From an uncultured Alphaproteobacteria bacterium (GTDB lineage: Bacteria; Pseudomonadota; Alphaproteobacteria; Rs-D84), in contig OZ007020.1 of NCBI GenBank assembly GCA_963931495.1, positions 926,619-958,618 on the forward strand: a stretch of 32,000 nucleotides of DNA, read 5' to 3'. This document shows positions 1 through 7,476 of this stretch, piece after piece (positions within the stretch are counted from its first letter, which is position 1; each line of letters opens with the position of its first letter). Made by a program: the position numbers and the translations under genes. The notes under the pieces are model-generated. The model was not told the origin of the DNA. It saw only the letters and a program-made list of their open reading frames with translations, and ran no database searches.

Positions 1-434
1 AGAATGTAAATATTTCTGTTGGCGATAATTGTGAATTGGTTTCTTCAATCGTGCTGTGCGCATGGTCGCGCGATACAACAGTACATATTGGAAACAAATG
101 TCATTTTTATGGCGCGCATATTTATGCCGGCGGTAATGACATACATGTGCATATTGGTAACGATGTCTTGATGGCAAATCCTGTATACATATGGGGTGGC
201 GACGGTCATGCCGTCATAGATCGTGATACAAACATGGTTATTAATTGCAGTAAAAAGCCGCTGGTTATTTCAGATCATGTTTGGCTGGGCCAAGGTTCAC
301 GCGTTTTGAAAAATGGTAATTTACCGCCAAATACCGTTGTCGCCGCAGACGCGGTTGTCACAAAAACTTTTACCGAAGAATTTACTATACTGGCGGGGAA
401 TCCGGCCAAGGTTATAAAAAGAAATGTTATGTGA
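1..434 (+). CDS. Hexapeptide-repeat (left-handed beta-helix) acyl/acetyltransferase, 5'-truncated by the window edge
   Basis: Frame 3 is open from base 3 with no stop before the listed TTG at 36, so the gene probably starts upstream of the window. Imperfect hexapeptide periodicity (HIGNKCHF..HIYAGGNDIHVHIGNDV). The tail 'HVWLGQGSRVLKNGNLPPNTVVAADAVVTK..LAGNPAKVIK' is typical of LbH sugar O-acetyltransferases. Confidence 0.7.
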   Translation, partial: NVNISVGDNCELVSSIVLCAWSRDTTVHIGNKCHFYGAHIYAGGNDIHVHIGNDVLMANPVYIWGGDGHAVIDRDTNMVINCSKKPLVISDHVWLGQGSRVLKNGNLPPNTVVAADAVVTKTFTEEFTILAGNPAKVIKRNVM

Positions 435-481
435 GACGAAGTATCCCCATATTGGAAAGACCGTGAATTAAGGGGCGATGT

Positions 482-1405
482 ATGATGGGCAAACCTGAAA
501 TATCTGTAATTATACCGATATATAATGCCGAACCGTATTTGTATCGGTGTTTACGGATGCTGCAACGTCAAACATTGCGTAATATTGAAATTATTTGTGT
601 TGACGATTGCAGTACTGATAAATCAATAAACATTGCACAAGATTTTGCCGCCCACGACCCCAGATTTCACGTGTTGACCACGCCACAAAACAGTGGCCAG
701 TCCGCGGCGCGTAATATCGGACTGGCACACGCCACCGCTGATAATATAATGTTTTGTGATGCTGATGACTTTTATACCCGCAACATGTGTAAAAAAATGT
801 TTCGCGCAATTTCTGAACCTGGCGCAGATATGGCAATGTGTGGCATTCGTATTAAATACGAAGCCAACCGTGAAATGAAACGCAGTGACAGGTCGTATTA
901 TAAAATTCACTTTCGCGGACTGACACCGGTGTCCCGTAAAATATTTGATAAATGCGACCTGTCGCCATGTAATAAAATTTTCAAGCGTGAAATTTTAACC
1001 GCAAATAACATCTCTTTCCCATGCGGATTAAGATATGAAGATGCATATTTTTGTACTGTATATTTTATGTGTGCAAAAAACATTTACTTTATAAAAAATA
1101 AATTATACACGTATATTCGTCATAAAACGTCTACGATGGCACAAACATTTGATACAACCGCGGATTTCGCCATAGATCACCTGAAAATCGCGATAAAGTT
1201 ATATGAATATATGCAAGAACATAATTTATATGATAATAACAGCGACCTGTTTTGGGATATATTTATAAAATTCTTTTATTTTTCATCAAATTATGCCAAA
1301 AACAAACAGGCTGTTTACGATATGGCACGCGAATTTATCAATACAATAAACGTGCCCGTCCCACAAAATGTAATTGATGTAATACAAACCCAACACAACA
1401 GCTAG
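482..1405 (+). CDS. Family 2 glycosyltransferase (GT-A fold)
   Basis: The N-terminus 'ISVIIPIYNAEPYLYRCLRMLQRQTLRNIEIICVDDCSTDKS' and the 'CDADDF' DxD-like motif are classic GT2. An AAGGGG RBS lies upstream of the ATG. It follows the acetyltransferase on the same strand, suggesting a polysaccharide/LPS modification context. Confidence 0.85.
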   Translation: MMGKPEISVIIPIYNAEPYLYRCLRMLQRQTLRNIEIICVDDCSTDKSINIAQDFAAHDPRFHVLTTPQNSGQSAARNIGLAHATADNIMFCDADDFYTRNMCKKMFRAISEPGADMAMCGIRIKYEANREMKRSDRSYYKIHFRGLTPVSRKIFDKCDLSPCNKIFKREILTANNISFPCGLRYEDAYFCTVYFMCAKNIYFIKNKLYTYIRHKTSTMAQTFDTTADFAIDHLKIAIKLYEYMQEHNLYDNNSDLFWDIFIKFFYFSSNYAKNKQAVYDMAREFINTINVPVPQNVIDVIQTQHNS

Positions 1406-1480
1406 ACATGCCCCGCAAAACATCAAAGATTTATACCGACATTGTGCATATTTGAAGTTGATTGAATTGTTTTCAAACGT

Positions 1481-2233
1481 ATGATATTTGATATGAAAAC
1501 TGGTCTTATAATATTTATCGGTGCAGTTATTGTGTTCGCTGCACTGCTGATATTACGTATGGGACAGCGCAATCAAAAATGGGAATGGGAAGAACACACA
1601 AAGCATAATAGGCAGTTAATAGAAAGCGTAACCCAAATGAATCGTGGAACATGGTCGGAACGCGATTTAATTCTGGAATTATTAAAAAATGGTTTTAATT
1701 CTGGCGCATTATTTCATGACTTGTATTTGAAAAAGTATAATGGCCGATATACCCAAATAGATTTAATATTGGCAACCAAAGTCGGACTAATCGTGTTTGA
1801 AGTAAAGGATTACGGCGGTTGGATTTTTGGCAAAGGGAACCAAAATCAATGGACACAAGTTTTAGCATACGGTCGCGATAAATACCGATTTTATAATCCT
1901 GTACAGCAAAACGCTGGTCATATCAAGGAACTGCGCAAACAGTCTGAGCAATTTGGAAAACTGCCTATGTTTTCCGTAATCGTGTTTTACGGTGATTGCA
2001 ATTTGCGAGATATAAGTTTTATTCCAAACGGAACATACGTTACAACCGCACACAGGGTACTGGATGTTGTTTATACAATTATCAACAATAATCCACCTGC
2101 AAATTATGCAGACAAGCACGAAGTTATCCGAATTTTGGCGAATGCAGTGCAAAATGGCGCAGATGCAGAATCACGCAAACATCACGCAGAATCTGTCAAA
2201 GATATGCTGGGCAAAGCACGTGTGTTTGATTAA
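1481..2233 (+). CDS. NERD (nuclease-related domain) protein with an N-terminal transmembrane helix
   Basis: Hydrophobic N-terminus 'GLIIFIGAVIVFAALLILRM'. NERD-like core 'YTQIDLILATKVGLIVFEVKDYGGWIFGKGNQNQWTQVL...YNPVQQNAGHIKELRK'. Confidence 0.75.
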   Translation: MIFDMKTGLIIFIGAVIVFAALLILRMGQRNQKWEWEEHTKHNRQLIESVTQMNRGTWSERDLILELLKNGFNSGALFHDLYLKKYNGRYTQIDLILATKVGLIVFEVKDYGGWIFGKGNQNQWTQVLAYGRDKYRFYNPVQQNAGHIKELRKQSEQFGKLPMFSVIVFYGDCNLRDISFIPNGTYVTTAHRVLDVVYTIINNNPPANYADKHEVIRILANAVQNGADAESRKHHAESVKDMLGKARVFD

Positions 2234-2468
2234 AAGCATATCTGTACACCGTACATACTTTTATTGATTTTATATATAAAATATAAATTCGTGTTAACCG
2301 TACCAAAAAACAAGTGACTCAAACTAAAACAGCCAAAATATATCATTTGCAAGCAAATAATGACATCAAAACAGAGCACGAAGATATTTGAAGCCATTAT
2401 TAAGGGTATATCTAATAAGATTACGGCATCTATATTAAAAAACGCACCATACGCAGAACAGATAAAAC

Positions 2469-4127
2469 CTAACGTTCATTGGATGTATCACGGCCGGGAA
2501 CGTTTTGCTGGGCGATTTCTTGCGACCTGTTTTTTACAAGCATTCTTGCACGCCATAAATCATAAGATTTCTGAAGGTGTTCGGGCCATGTATTTTTATC
2601 TGACCTTTTTATTTCGCGCACGCCCGATAAATCTGTATTACTTAGCATAACTTCTTTCGTACGATTAAAATCTAATACTGGTGGTAAATTTTTACAAAAA
2701 CTTAGGTTAATCTTTTTGGTTGGACCTTTTATTTCGCGCACGCCCGATAAATCTGTATTACTTAGCACAACTTCTTTTGTGCCGCAAAAATCCAATACCG
2801 GTAGTAAAATTTTAGATCCGCTTAAGTCAATCTTTTCAGTTGGCAATTTTATTTCGCGAACATCAGATAAATTTGTAAAACTTAAAGTAACCTCTTTTGT
2901 ATGACTAAAATCCAATACTGGTGGTAAATTTTTACATCCGCCTAAGTCAATCTTTTCAGTTGGCCATTTTATTTCGCGCGCACCCGATAAATCAGTATAA
3001 CTTAAATCAACAGCCCTTGTACCGCTAAAATCCAATTTCGGGTGCAAATTCATGTTCTTTGCCCCGGTAAGATCTAAATTTCCCGTGACTTTTATATTCA
3101 AATTTATGTCAGACAAATCCATGCCAGACAAGTCCAAATCACCACGCACAACAAAACCGTTTGGCAAATCGTATATTGAATAATATTTTCCATCCTGTTT
3201 TATCAATCCGATGTTTTTCATATCGTGTTTGATTTCCAGTTTTTGTGCCCCTATAAAATGTTGAACCGCTGGGATATACCTTTGTATCGGTGTCCTATTC
3301 CCCTTGCCTTTGCATTGAAATACATTTTGACCACGAACTTCAAGCGTCGCATGTGGTTCACCGTTGCTGTCCCTGATTGAATATATTTTTACACTGCCGT
3401 TTGTTACATCTTTATCATATCCGCCACGGCCAACACAATGCCCCATATATTCGCTTTCAAAATCCAATGCCTGGGGCGTTATTAATTGATATGCACGCAT
3501 ACCGTTCGGCAAATCCATAATAAACTGCGTTCCGGCAAGCGACGCTTTATACATCTGTTCATTTTTTTCTTTCTTGGCGGCCAATTCAGCCATACGTTCG
3601 TGCCACTTTTCCGCCTGGACCAACGTTTTTTCAAACGTGCTGTATTCATTGCTGGTCTTCAGATAATCTAAACGCACCTTGGGTAACTTCTTTTTATCTT
3701 TTTGTATATTTTCTTTTATCGCGATGACGGTCTTGTCAACATAACTTTCCGCCGCAGAATATAAAAAATCCCTTATTGTTGTTAAATCATGACGCATTTG
3801 ATCCGTCACCTTGGCGGCATCAAACAAATATACTTTCTGGCCCGCGTCCAACGCCCCGGTCGCCCAATCAGGTAAATCCGCACGCTTTGATACAGGTGTT
3901 AAAAATGGACGCTCTTCACTTTCTGTTAAATAAGCCCTGATTCTGTGCTTAATATACTGCGTCAAGATAGAACGAACGATGGTATCTTTATTTTGCTCTA
4001 TATAATTTGCGTCTTTCATGTTTTCTTGGGATTGACCGTCCAAAATAATCGGCATGCCGCGTTCACCCCAAACAAGATTAATCAGGTAATTATTAAGTTC
4101 TTTGTCATTTAACAAATTAACAGACAT
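2469..4127 (-). CDS. PcfJ-like domain protein with C-terminal 40-aa tandem LRR/pentapeptide-like repeats (function unknown)
   Basis: The central 'LITPQALDFESEYMGHCVGRGGYDKDVTNGSVKIYSIRDSNGEPHATLEVRGQNVFQCKGKGNRTP' matches the PcfJ-like (PF14284-type) signature as I remember it. The C-terminus carries 4 copies of 'LDFxxTKEVxLSxTDLSGVREIKxPTxKIxLxxCKNLPPV'. I place the start at the ATG at 4127 (MSVNLLNDKE..), which has an AGGGG RBS 8 nt upstream. The ORF track extends to 4286, but that extension looks non-coding. Confidence 0.7.
   Translation of the reverse strand: MSVNLLNDKELNNYLINLVWGERGMPIILDGQSQENMKDANYIEQNKDTIVRSILTQYIKHRIRAYLTESEERPFLTPVSKRADLPDWATGALDAGQKVYLFDAAKVTDQMRHDLTTIRDFLYSAAESYVDKTVIAIKENIQKDKKKLPKVRLDYLKTSNEYSTFEKTLVQAEKWHERMAELAAKKEKNEQMYKASLAGTQFIMDLPNGMRAYQLITPQALDFESEYMGHCVGRGGYDKDVTNGSVKIYSIRDSNGEPHATLEVRGQNVFQCKGKGNRTPIQRYIPAVQHFIGAQKLEIKHDMKNIGLIKQDGKYYSIYDLPNGFVVRGDLDLSGMDLSDINLNIKVTGNLDLTGAKNMNLHPKLDFSGTRAVDLSYTDLSGAREIKWPTEKIDLGGCKNLPPVLDFSHTKEVTLSFTNLSDVREIKLPTEKIDLSGSKILLPVLDFCGTKEVVLSNTDLSGVREIKGPTKKINLSFCKNLPPVLDFNRTKEVMLSNTDLSGVREIKRSDKNTWPEHLQKSYDLWRARMLVKNRSQEIAQQNVPGRDTSNER
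2592..3035 (-). repeat. In-frame 120-bp tandem repeat array (about 3.7 units) encoding the 40-aa repeats
   Basis: The LDF-encoding 'aaaatc(c/t)aa' recurs at 2667, 2787, 2907 and 3027, an exact 120-nt period. Bases 2597-2647 are identical to 2717-2767 (51 nt). Confidence 0.9.
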
Positions 4128-4147
4128 AAAATACCCCTGTTGCCCGC

Positions 4148-4176
4148 ATTGTATCACAAGCACTGAAAAATAACAA
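4148..4176 (-). promoter_or_regulatory. Putative sigma70-type promoter of the PcfJ-like gene (TTGTTA-17 nt-TACAAT, with a TGn extended -10)
   Basis: The minus strand reads 'TTGTTAtttttcagtgcttgTGaTACAATgcgggcaacaggggtattttATG'. Spacing was counted by hand. There is no experimental support. Confidence 0.4.
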
Positions 4177-4227
4177 GCGGCGCAACCGATATACCGATGA
4201 CCACTTTTGGCAGCATTTGGAATACTT

Positions 4228-4246
4228 TGTGTGTGTGGGGGGGGGG
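4228..4246. repeat. Simple-sequence tract (TG)5 followed by G10
   Basis: Read directly: 'tgtgtgtgtgggggggggg'. The G run spans 4237-4246. It lies about 110 nt upstream of the preferred start codon (4127) of the minus-strand PcfJ-like gene, and is in frame (..SPPPHTQ..) with the longer ORF reaching 4286. Confidence 0.9.
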
Positions 4247-4582
4247 ATAAATCTCTATTCTCAAACGCAATAAAAATCACACCCATGTGCGCGATTATTT
4301 TCTGGCAGGGTGATAAGATTTGACGGTATTAGATATGATAAATACAGGTATTTGCAGTGAATTTTTATCTTTTTGTGGTCTCTATTTTCGCCCGCCACAC
4401 CACAGTTCCGACACTTTTGCAAAAAATCCCACAAAAATAACAGGGAGTTTGATTTTCCCAAAACAGGGATTCTTCCTCACCATATCAGGCAATAAATTTA
4501 CCACATTCATCCCACTATACGTGCGCAATGATAACAATTGATAGTTGATTATGGGTATATTTCCCGGAATAATTATGACAAT

Positions 4583-5008
4583 ATGTCAAAGATATTCACA
4601 ATCGGTTTTAGTGGTAAAAGCCCAGACGCGTTTATGGATGTGTTGAATGCGGTTCGTGTGCGTGCTGTTTGGGACATACGACTGTGGCGCGCCAGCGCGT
4701 ACGTTCCGTTTTACAGTGGTGAAAATTTGGCCACAGTATTTGGCACGCGTTACGAATATCACCCCGAATTTGCCCCAACCACAGAAATATTGGATGGATA
4801 TAAAAACGGCCGCATCACTTGGGCTGATTATGAAAAAATGTATCGTGAATTGCTTGCCCTGCGCTGGCCGACGGTTGGGACAGAACCTGCCACCTTTGAC
4901 CGCATTTGCCTGTTATGCACTGAAAAATCCGCACTGCAATGTCACCGCCGCTTGGCCGCTGAATATATTGCATCGCAATTTCCCGACACCGACATTGTGC
5001 ATTTATAA
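4583..5008 (+). CDS. DUF488 family protein
   Basis: 'MSKIFTIGFSGKSPDAFMDVLN..' at the N-terminus and 'ICLLCTEKSALQCHRRLAAEYI' at the C-terminus match the DUF488 pattern (MCaE..p..CHR). I moved the start to the ATG at 4583, since the family normally begins MxIYTIGhS. Confidence 0.75.
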   Translation: MSKIFTIGFSGKSPDAFMDVLNAVRVRAVWDIRLWRASAYVPFYSGENLATVFGTRYEYHPEFAPTTEILDGYKNGRITWADYEKMYRELLALRWPTVGTEPATFDRICLLCTEKSALQCHRRLAAEYIASQFPDTDIVHL

Positions 5009-5011
5009 AAA

Positions 5012-5039
5012 ACGCCCCGTTGGGGCGTGATTTATTTCC
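5012..5039. terminator. Bidirectional Rho-independent terminator
   Basis: The stem acgcccc(5012-5018)/ggggcgt(5022-5028) is flanked by an A-run upstream and T-rich sequence downstream. It sits between the convergent DUF488 gene and tRNA-Ser. Confidence 0.7.
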
Positions 5040-5129
5040 TGGCGGATGGGGAGGGATTCGAACCCCCGGTGGAGTTGCCCCCACAACGGTTTTCAAGACC
5101 GTCGCAATCGACCGCTCTGCCACCCATCC
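5040..5129 (-). tRNA. tRNA-Ser (anticodon UGA), 90 nt, with a long variable arm and encoded CCA
   Basis: The reverse complement reads GGATGGGTGGCAGAGCGGTCGATTGCGACGGTCTTGAAAACCGTTGTGGGGGCAACTCCACCGGGGGTTCGAATCCCTCCCCATCCGCCA. Acceptor stem is GGATGGG/CCCATCC, the anticodon loop is CTTGAAA, and the T-loop is GGTTCGAATCC. Confidence 0.9.
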
Positions 5130-5252
5130 TAAACTGTTTTACCGACGGTCTCTCAACCTACGGTTTTGTTCGCTTGGCGCACCTGACGGTGCTGCCCACC
5201 ACTCGTTCGCGCGCGGCAGTGATTTTGTTCGCTGGCTGCGCCATATTTTACA

Positions 5253-6083
5253 TTATTTTTTACGGAATGCAATCGCAAAAATTATCACGCCAACGATAAA
5301 CAGTACATATGACAACAATTGCCCCATGGTCAGCCAATTTGTACCAAACAAAAAGCCTAGCTGGACATCTGGGGCACGGAACTGTTCACACAAAATTCTG
5401 AACACGGCGTACAGCATCGCCAGAATTCCGCCCAATGCACCCGGACGCCGGCGCAATCCGGTAAAGCGGTACAGGCAATACATAATTATGAATAACAGTA
5501 TACCTTCGGTGGCGGCTTCGTACAATGGGCTGGGGTGGCGCGGCACATCGCCATGCCCAGCGAACACAACCGCCCATGGCACAGATGTTTCGCGACCCAT
5601 AACTTCCATATTAATAAAATTCGCGATACGCCCAAAAAAGAATCCGATTGGCGCGATTACCGCCATGATATCCAATAACTTGAACGTGTTATCATATACG
5701 CTGCCCGGCAGAGCCGATTTTTTATGCTGGTGCCATGCGAACAAAAGCGTTGCAATAATCACACCGGCCAATCCGCCATGAAAACTCATTCCGCCATGCC
5801 ATACAGCCAATATTTCCAGCGGATGCGATAAAAAGAATGGCAAATTATAAAACAGTACATACCCCAGTCGCCCGCCAATAACAACCCCCAATATAATCGC
5901 CGTCAGTAAATCATCTAATTGCCGCTTGGACAATACGATTTGGCTGTCACCACGGCGCGTGAACGCACGCAGCATAAAATATCCGATAACAAACGCCGCC
6001 ACATATGCCAGCGCATACCAACGTATATCCAAACCAAACACAGAAAATGCGACCGGTGAAATCGGGGTTATTGTTATCGCCAT
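5253..6083 (-). CDS. lgt: Prolipoprotein diacylglyceryl transferase
   Basis: A polytopic membrane protein with the Lgt motifs 'GGMSFHGGLAGVIIA', 'FGRIANFINMEVMGRETSVPWAVVF' and 'RHPSPLYEA'. Confidence 0.9.
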   Translation of the reverse strand: MAITITPISPVAFSVFGLDIRWYALAYVAAFVIGYFMLRAFTRRGDSQIVLSKRQLDDLLTAIILGVVIGGRLGYVLFYNLPFFLSHPLEILAVWHGGMSFHGGLAGVIIATLLFAWHQHKKSALPGSVYDNTFKLLDIMAVIAPIGFFFGRIANFINMEVMGRETSVPWAVVFAGHGDVPRHPSPLYEAATEGILLFIIMYCLYRFTGLRRRPGALGGILAMLYAVFRILCEQFRAPDVQLGFLFGTNWLTMGQLLSYVLFIVGVIIFAIAFRKK

Positions 6084-6089
6084 CGGATA

Positions 6090-6323
6090 TTATCTGTCCA
6101 TGTTATGTAATGTTTTTTGAACCAACGCGATTTTATCATCCGCCCGTTTTGCAGATACTTTATCACCTTCTTTGATATACTGTTTCTTTTTGCGTTCCAG
6201 TTTTTCACATTCGGACAACAGTTCTGCAATTTTGGCTTTTTTTTCAGTGGATTGCCACAAATCAACCTTTCCGCGTCCCTGTTCATTTAACAAACGAATT
6301 TGTTTTGCACGTGGTGATGGCAT
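6090..6323 (-). CDS. Small charged coiled-coil protein of unknown function, probably co-transcribed with lgt
   Basis: A strong RBS (AAGGGGGA) lies upstream of the ATG. Its stop is 6 nt from the lgt start. The K/E-rich sequence looks helical. I recognise no family. Confidence 0.55.
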   Translation of the reverse strand: MPSPRAKQIRLLNEQGRGKVDLWQSTEKKAKIAELLSECEKLERKKKQYIKEGDKVSAKRADDKIALVQKTLHNMDR

Positions 6324-6419
6324 AGATATTCCCCCTTGATTAAATAAACGTTTTTGTTTTACTTGAATTACGGGGTATATTGTATTATATATTCATATAA
6401 CTAACAAGGAGAAAAAATA

Positions 6420-7163
6420 ATGGCAATAAAAAACATTGCGTTAAAAACCAAGTCCCCAGATGCACCGCAACATGCAAAATCTGGTGACGGAATGGGATTA
6501 TACTTAAAACGAATTTTTGCATTGATGTTTGGTGCGGTGGCTGTGACCGCATTGGCGGCATATGTAACGATGGTGACCCCGTTGTGGACATTTTTGATGA
6601 CTGCAACTGGATTTTCTGCCCTGTATTACATATTACTGTTCGGCGGTTTGGCACTGGCCATATGGGCCCAGGTACGCGCGTTCAGTTTTCGCCCCGCGGT
6701 TGGTGCCGGGTTGCTGGTATTGTATTCTGTTTTGACCGGCGTTGTCATGACACCACTGTTAATTGCTGTATTGGCAGTTAATCCGATATCTATACTGTCG
6801 GCATTTGTAATTGCCGCTGTGATGTTCGCATGCATGGCGTTGTTTGGGTACAAGACGGTTAAAGATTTGTCATTCTTGGGTATATTCCTGTTTATGGGAA
6901 TGATTGGGTTAATCTTGATTGGGTTGGCATCATTTATATGGCCGGCAATGTTGGGCGGAACATTTGGTACAATTGTTTGCTTTATAGGGGTACTGGTATT
7001 CGCGCTGTTTACCGCGTATGATATGCAGAACCTGAAACGCGCATATGCCGTATTGGGTGATGATACGCAAAAAAATCAAATGGCTGTACTGGGGGCGTTA
7101 CACTTGTACATATCATTTATCGCAATGTTCCAATATCTGTTAAATTTATTAAACAGAAATTAA
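6420..7163 (+). CDS. Bax inhibitor-1/YccA family membrane protein
   Basis: A seven-TM-like profile and the C-terminal 'FTAYDMQNLKR...LGALHLYISFIAMFQYLLNLL' are typical of the BI-1/YccA family. An AAGGAG RBS is present. Confidence 0.85.
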   Translation: MAIKNIALKTKSPDAPQHAKSGDGMGLYLKRIFALMFGAVAVTALAAYVTMVTPLWTFLMTATGFSALYYILLFGGLALAIWAQVRAFSFRPAVGAGLLVLYSVLTGVVMTPLLIAVLAVNPISILSAFVIAAVMFACMALFGYKTVKDLSFLGIFLFMGMIGLILIGLASFIWPAMLGGTFGTIVCFIGVLVFALFTAYDMQNLKRAYAVLGDDTQKNQMAVLGALHLYISFIAMFQYLLNLLNRN

Positions 7164-7188
7164 TTAACTATAAAATGGAGTTATAAAA

Positions 7189-7371
7189 ATGGCTTATAAA
7201 ATAAATCCAGCAAAATGTATCGGGTGTCATACGTGCATGGGTGCATGTCCTGTGGGTGCGATTTCTGTTGGTGCCGACGGCAAGTGTGTTATTGACCCAT
7301 CAAAGTGTATATCATGTGGCACGTGTGCGGCGGTATGTCCGGTATCTGCGATTGCGCCAGATATACAATAA
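7189..7371 (+). CDS. Clostridial-type 2x[4Fe-4S] ferredoxin (60 aa)
   Basis: Two CxxCxxCxxxCP motifs: 'CIGCHTCMGACP' and 'CISCGTCAAVCP'. A GGAG RBS is present. Confidence 0.85.
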   Translation: MAYKINPAKCIGCHTCMGACPVGAISVGADGKCVIDPSKCISCGTCAAVCPVSAIAPDIQ

Positions 7372-7391
7372 ACATAACAAAAAAATAAAAA

Positions 7392-7417
7392 ACAGGGGCC
7401 GGGGTCCCTGTTTTTTA
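7392..7417 (+). terminator. Rho-independent terminator after the ferredoxin gene
   Basis: 'acagggg ccgggg tccctgt' hairpin followed by TTTTTT. Confidence 0.7.
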
Positions 7418-7476
7418 TTGCAAACAGACAAATTCTGTATAACAATAACACGGTAGAAATTTTCAGGGGTATAAAG

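Noticed and set aside
2360-2904. Plus-strand ORFs 2360-2650 and 2716-2904
   Set aside because: They are antisense to the repeat region of the PcfJ-like gene. Their apparent internal repetition simply mirrors the 120-bp coding repeats.
2592-3035. Regularly spaced 120-bp repeats that could be mistaken for a CRISPR-like array
   Set aside because: The units are contiguous with no unique spacers and lie inside one long ORF in a constant reading frame. They encode a coherent 40-aa protein repeat, and no cas genes are nearby.
4128-4286. N-terminal 53-codon extension of the PcfJ-like ORF, as listed in the ORF track (start at 4286)
   Set aside because: The extension ('MGVIFIAFENRDLSPPPHTQSIPNAAKSGHRYIGCAACYF..') looks like translated non-coding sequence and contains the homopolymer tract. 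The internal ATG at 4127 has a good RBS and a plausible promoter just upstream. The extension is kept only as an alternative in the phase-variation finding.
4261-4541. Small ORFs in the 455-nt divergent intergenic region (4261-4461 minus, 4320-4541 plus)
   Set aside because: They have no RBS, implausible composition and no motifs. The region more likely holds promoters or regulatory DNA for the two flanking genes.
5040-5129. Search for a direct repeat of the tRNA-Ser 3' end (an att site) elsewhere in the window, to delimit an integrated element
   Set aside because: I could not find a second copy of the 'gggattcgaaccccc' region or the acceptor 3' half by eye, and no integrase is present. The island idea is therefore kept only as a low-confidence inference.
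5020-5781. 253-aa plus-strand ORF (also 5027-5299)
   Set aside because: It runs antisense through tRNA-Ser and the well-supported lgt gene. Its composition is Pro/Arg/Ser-rich shadow-ORF in character, and it has no RBS.
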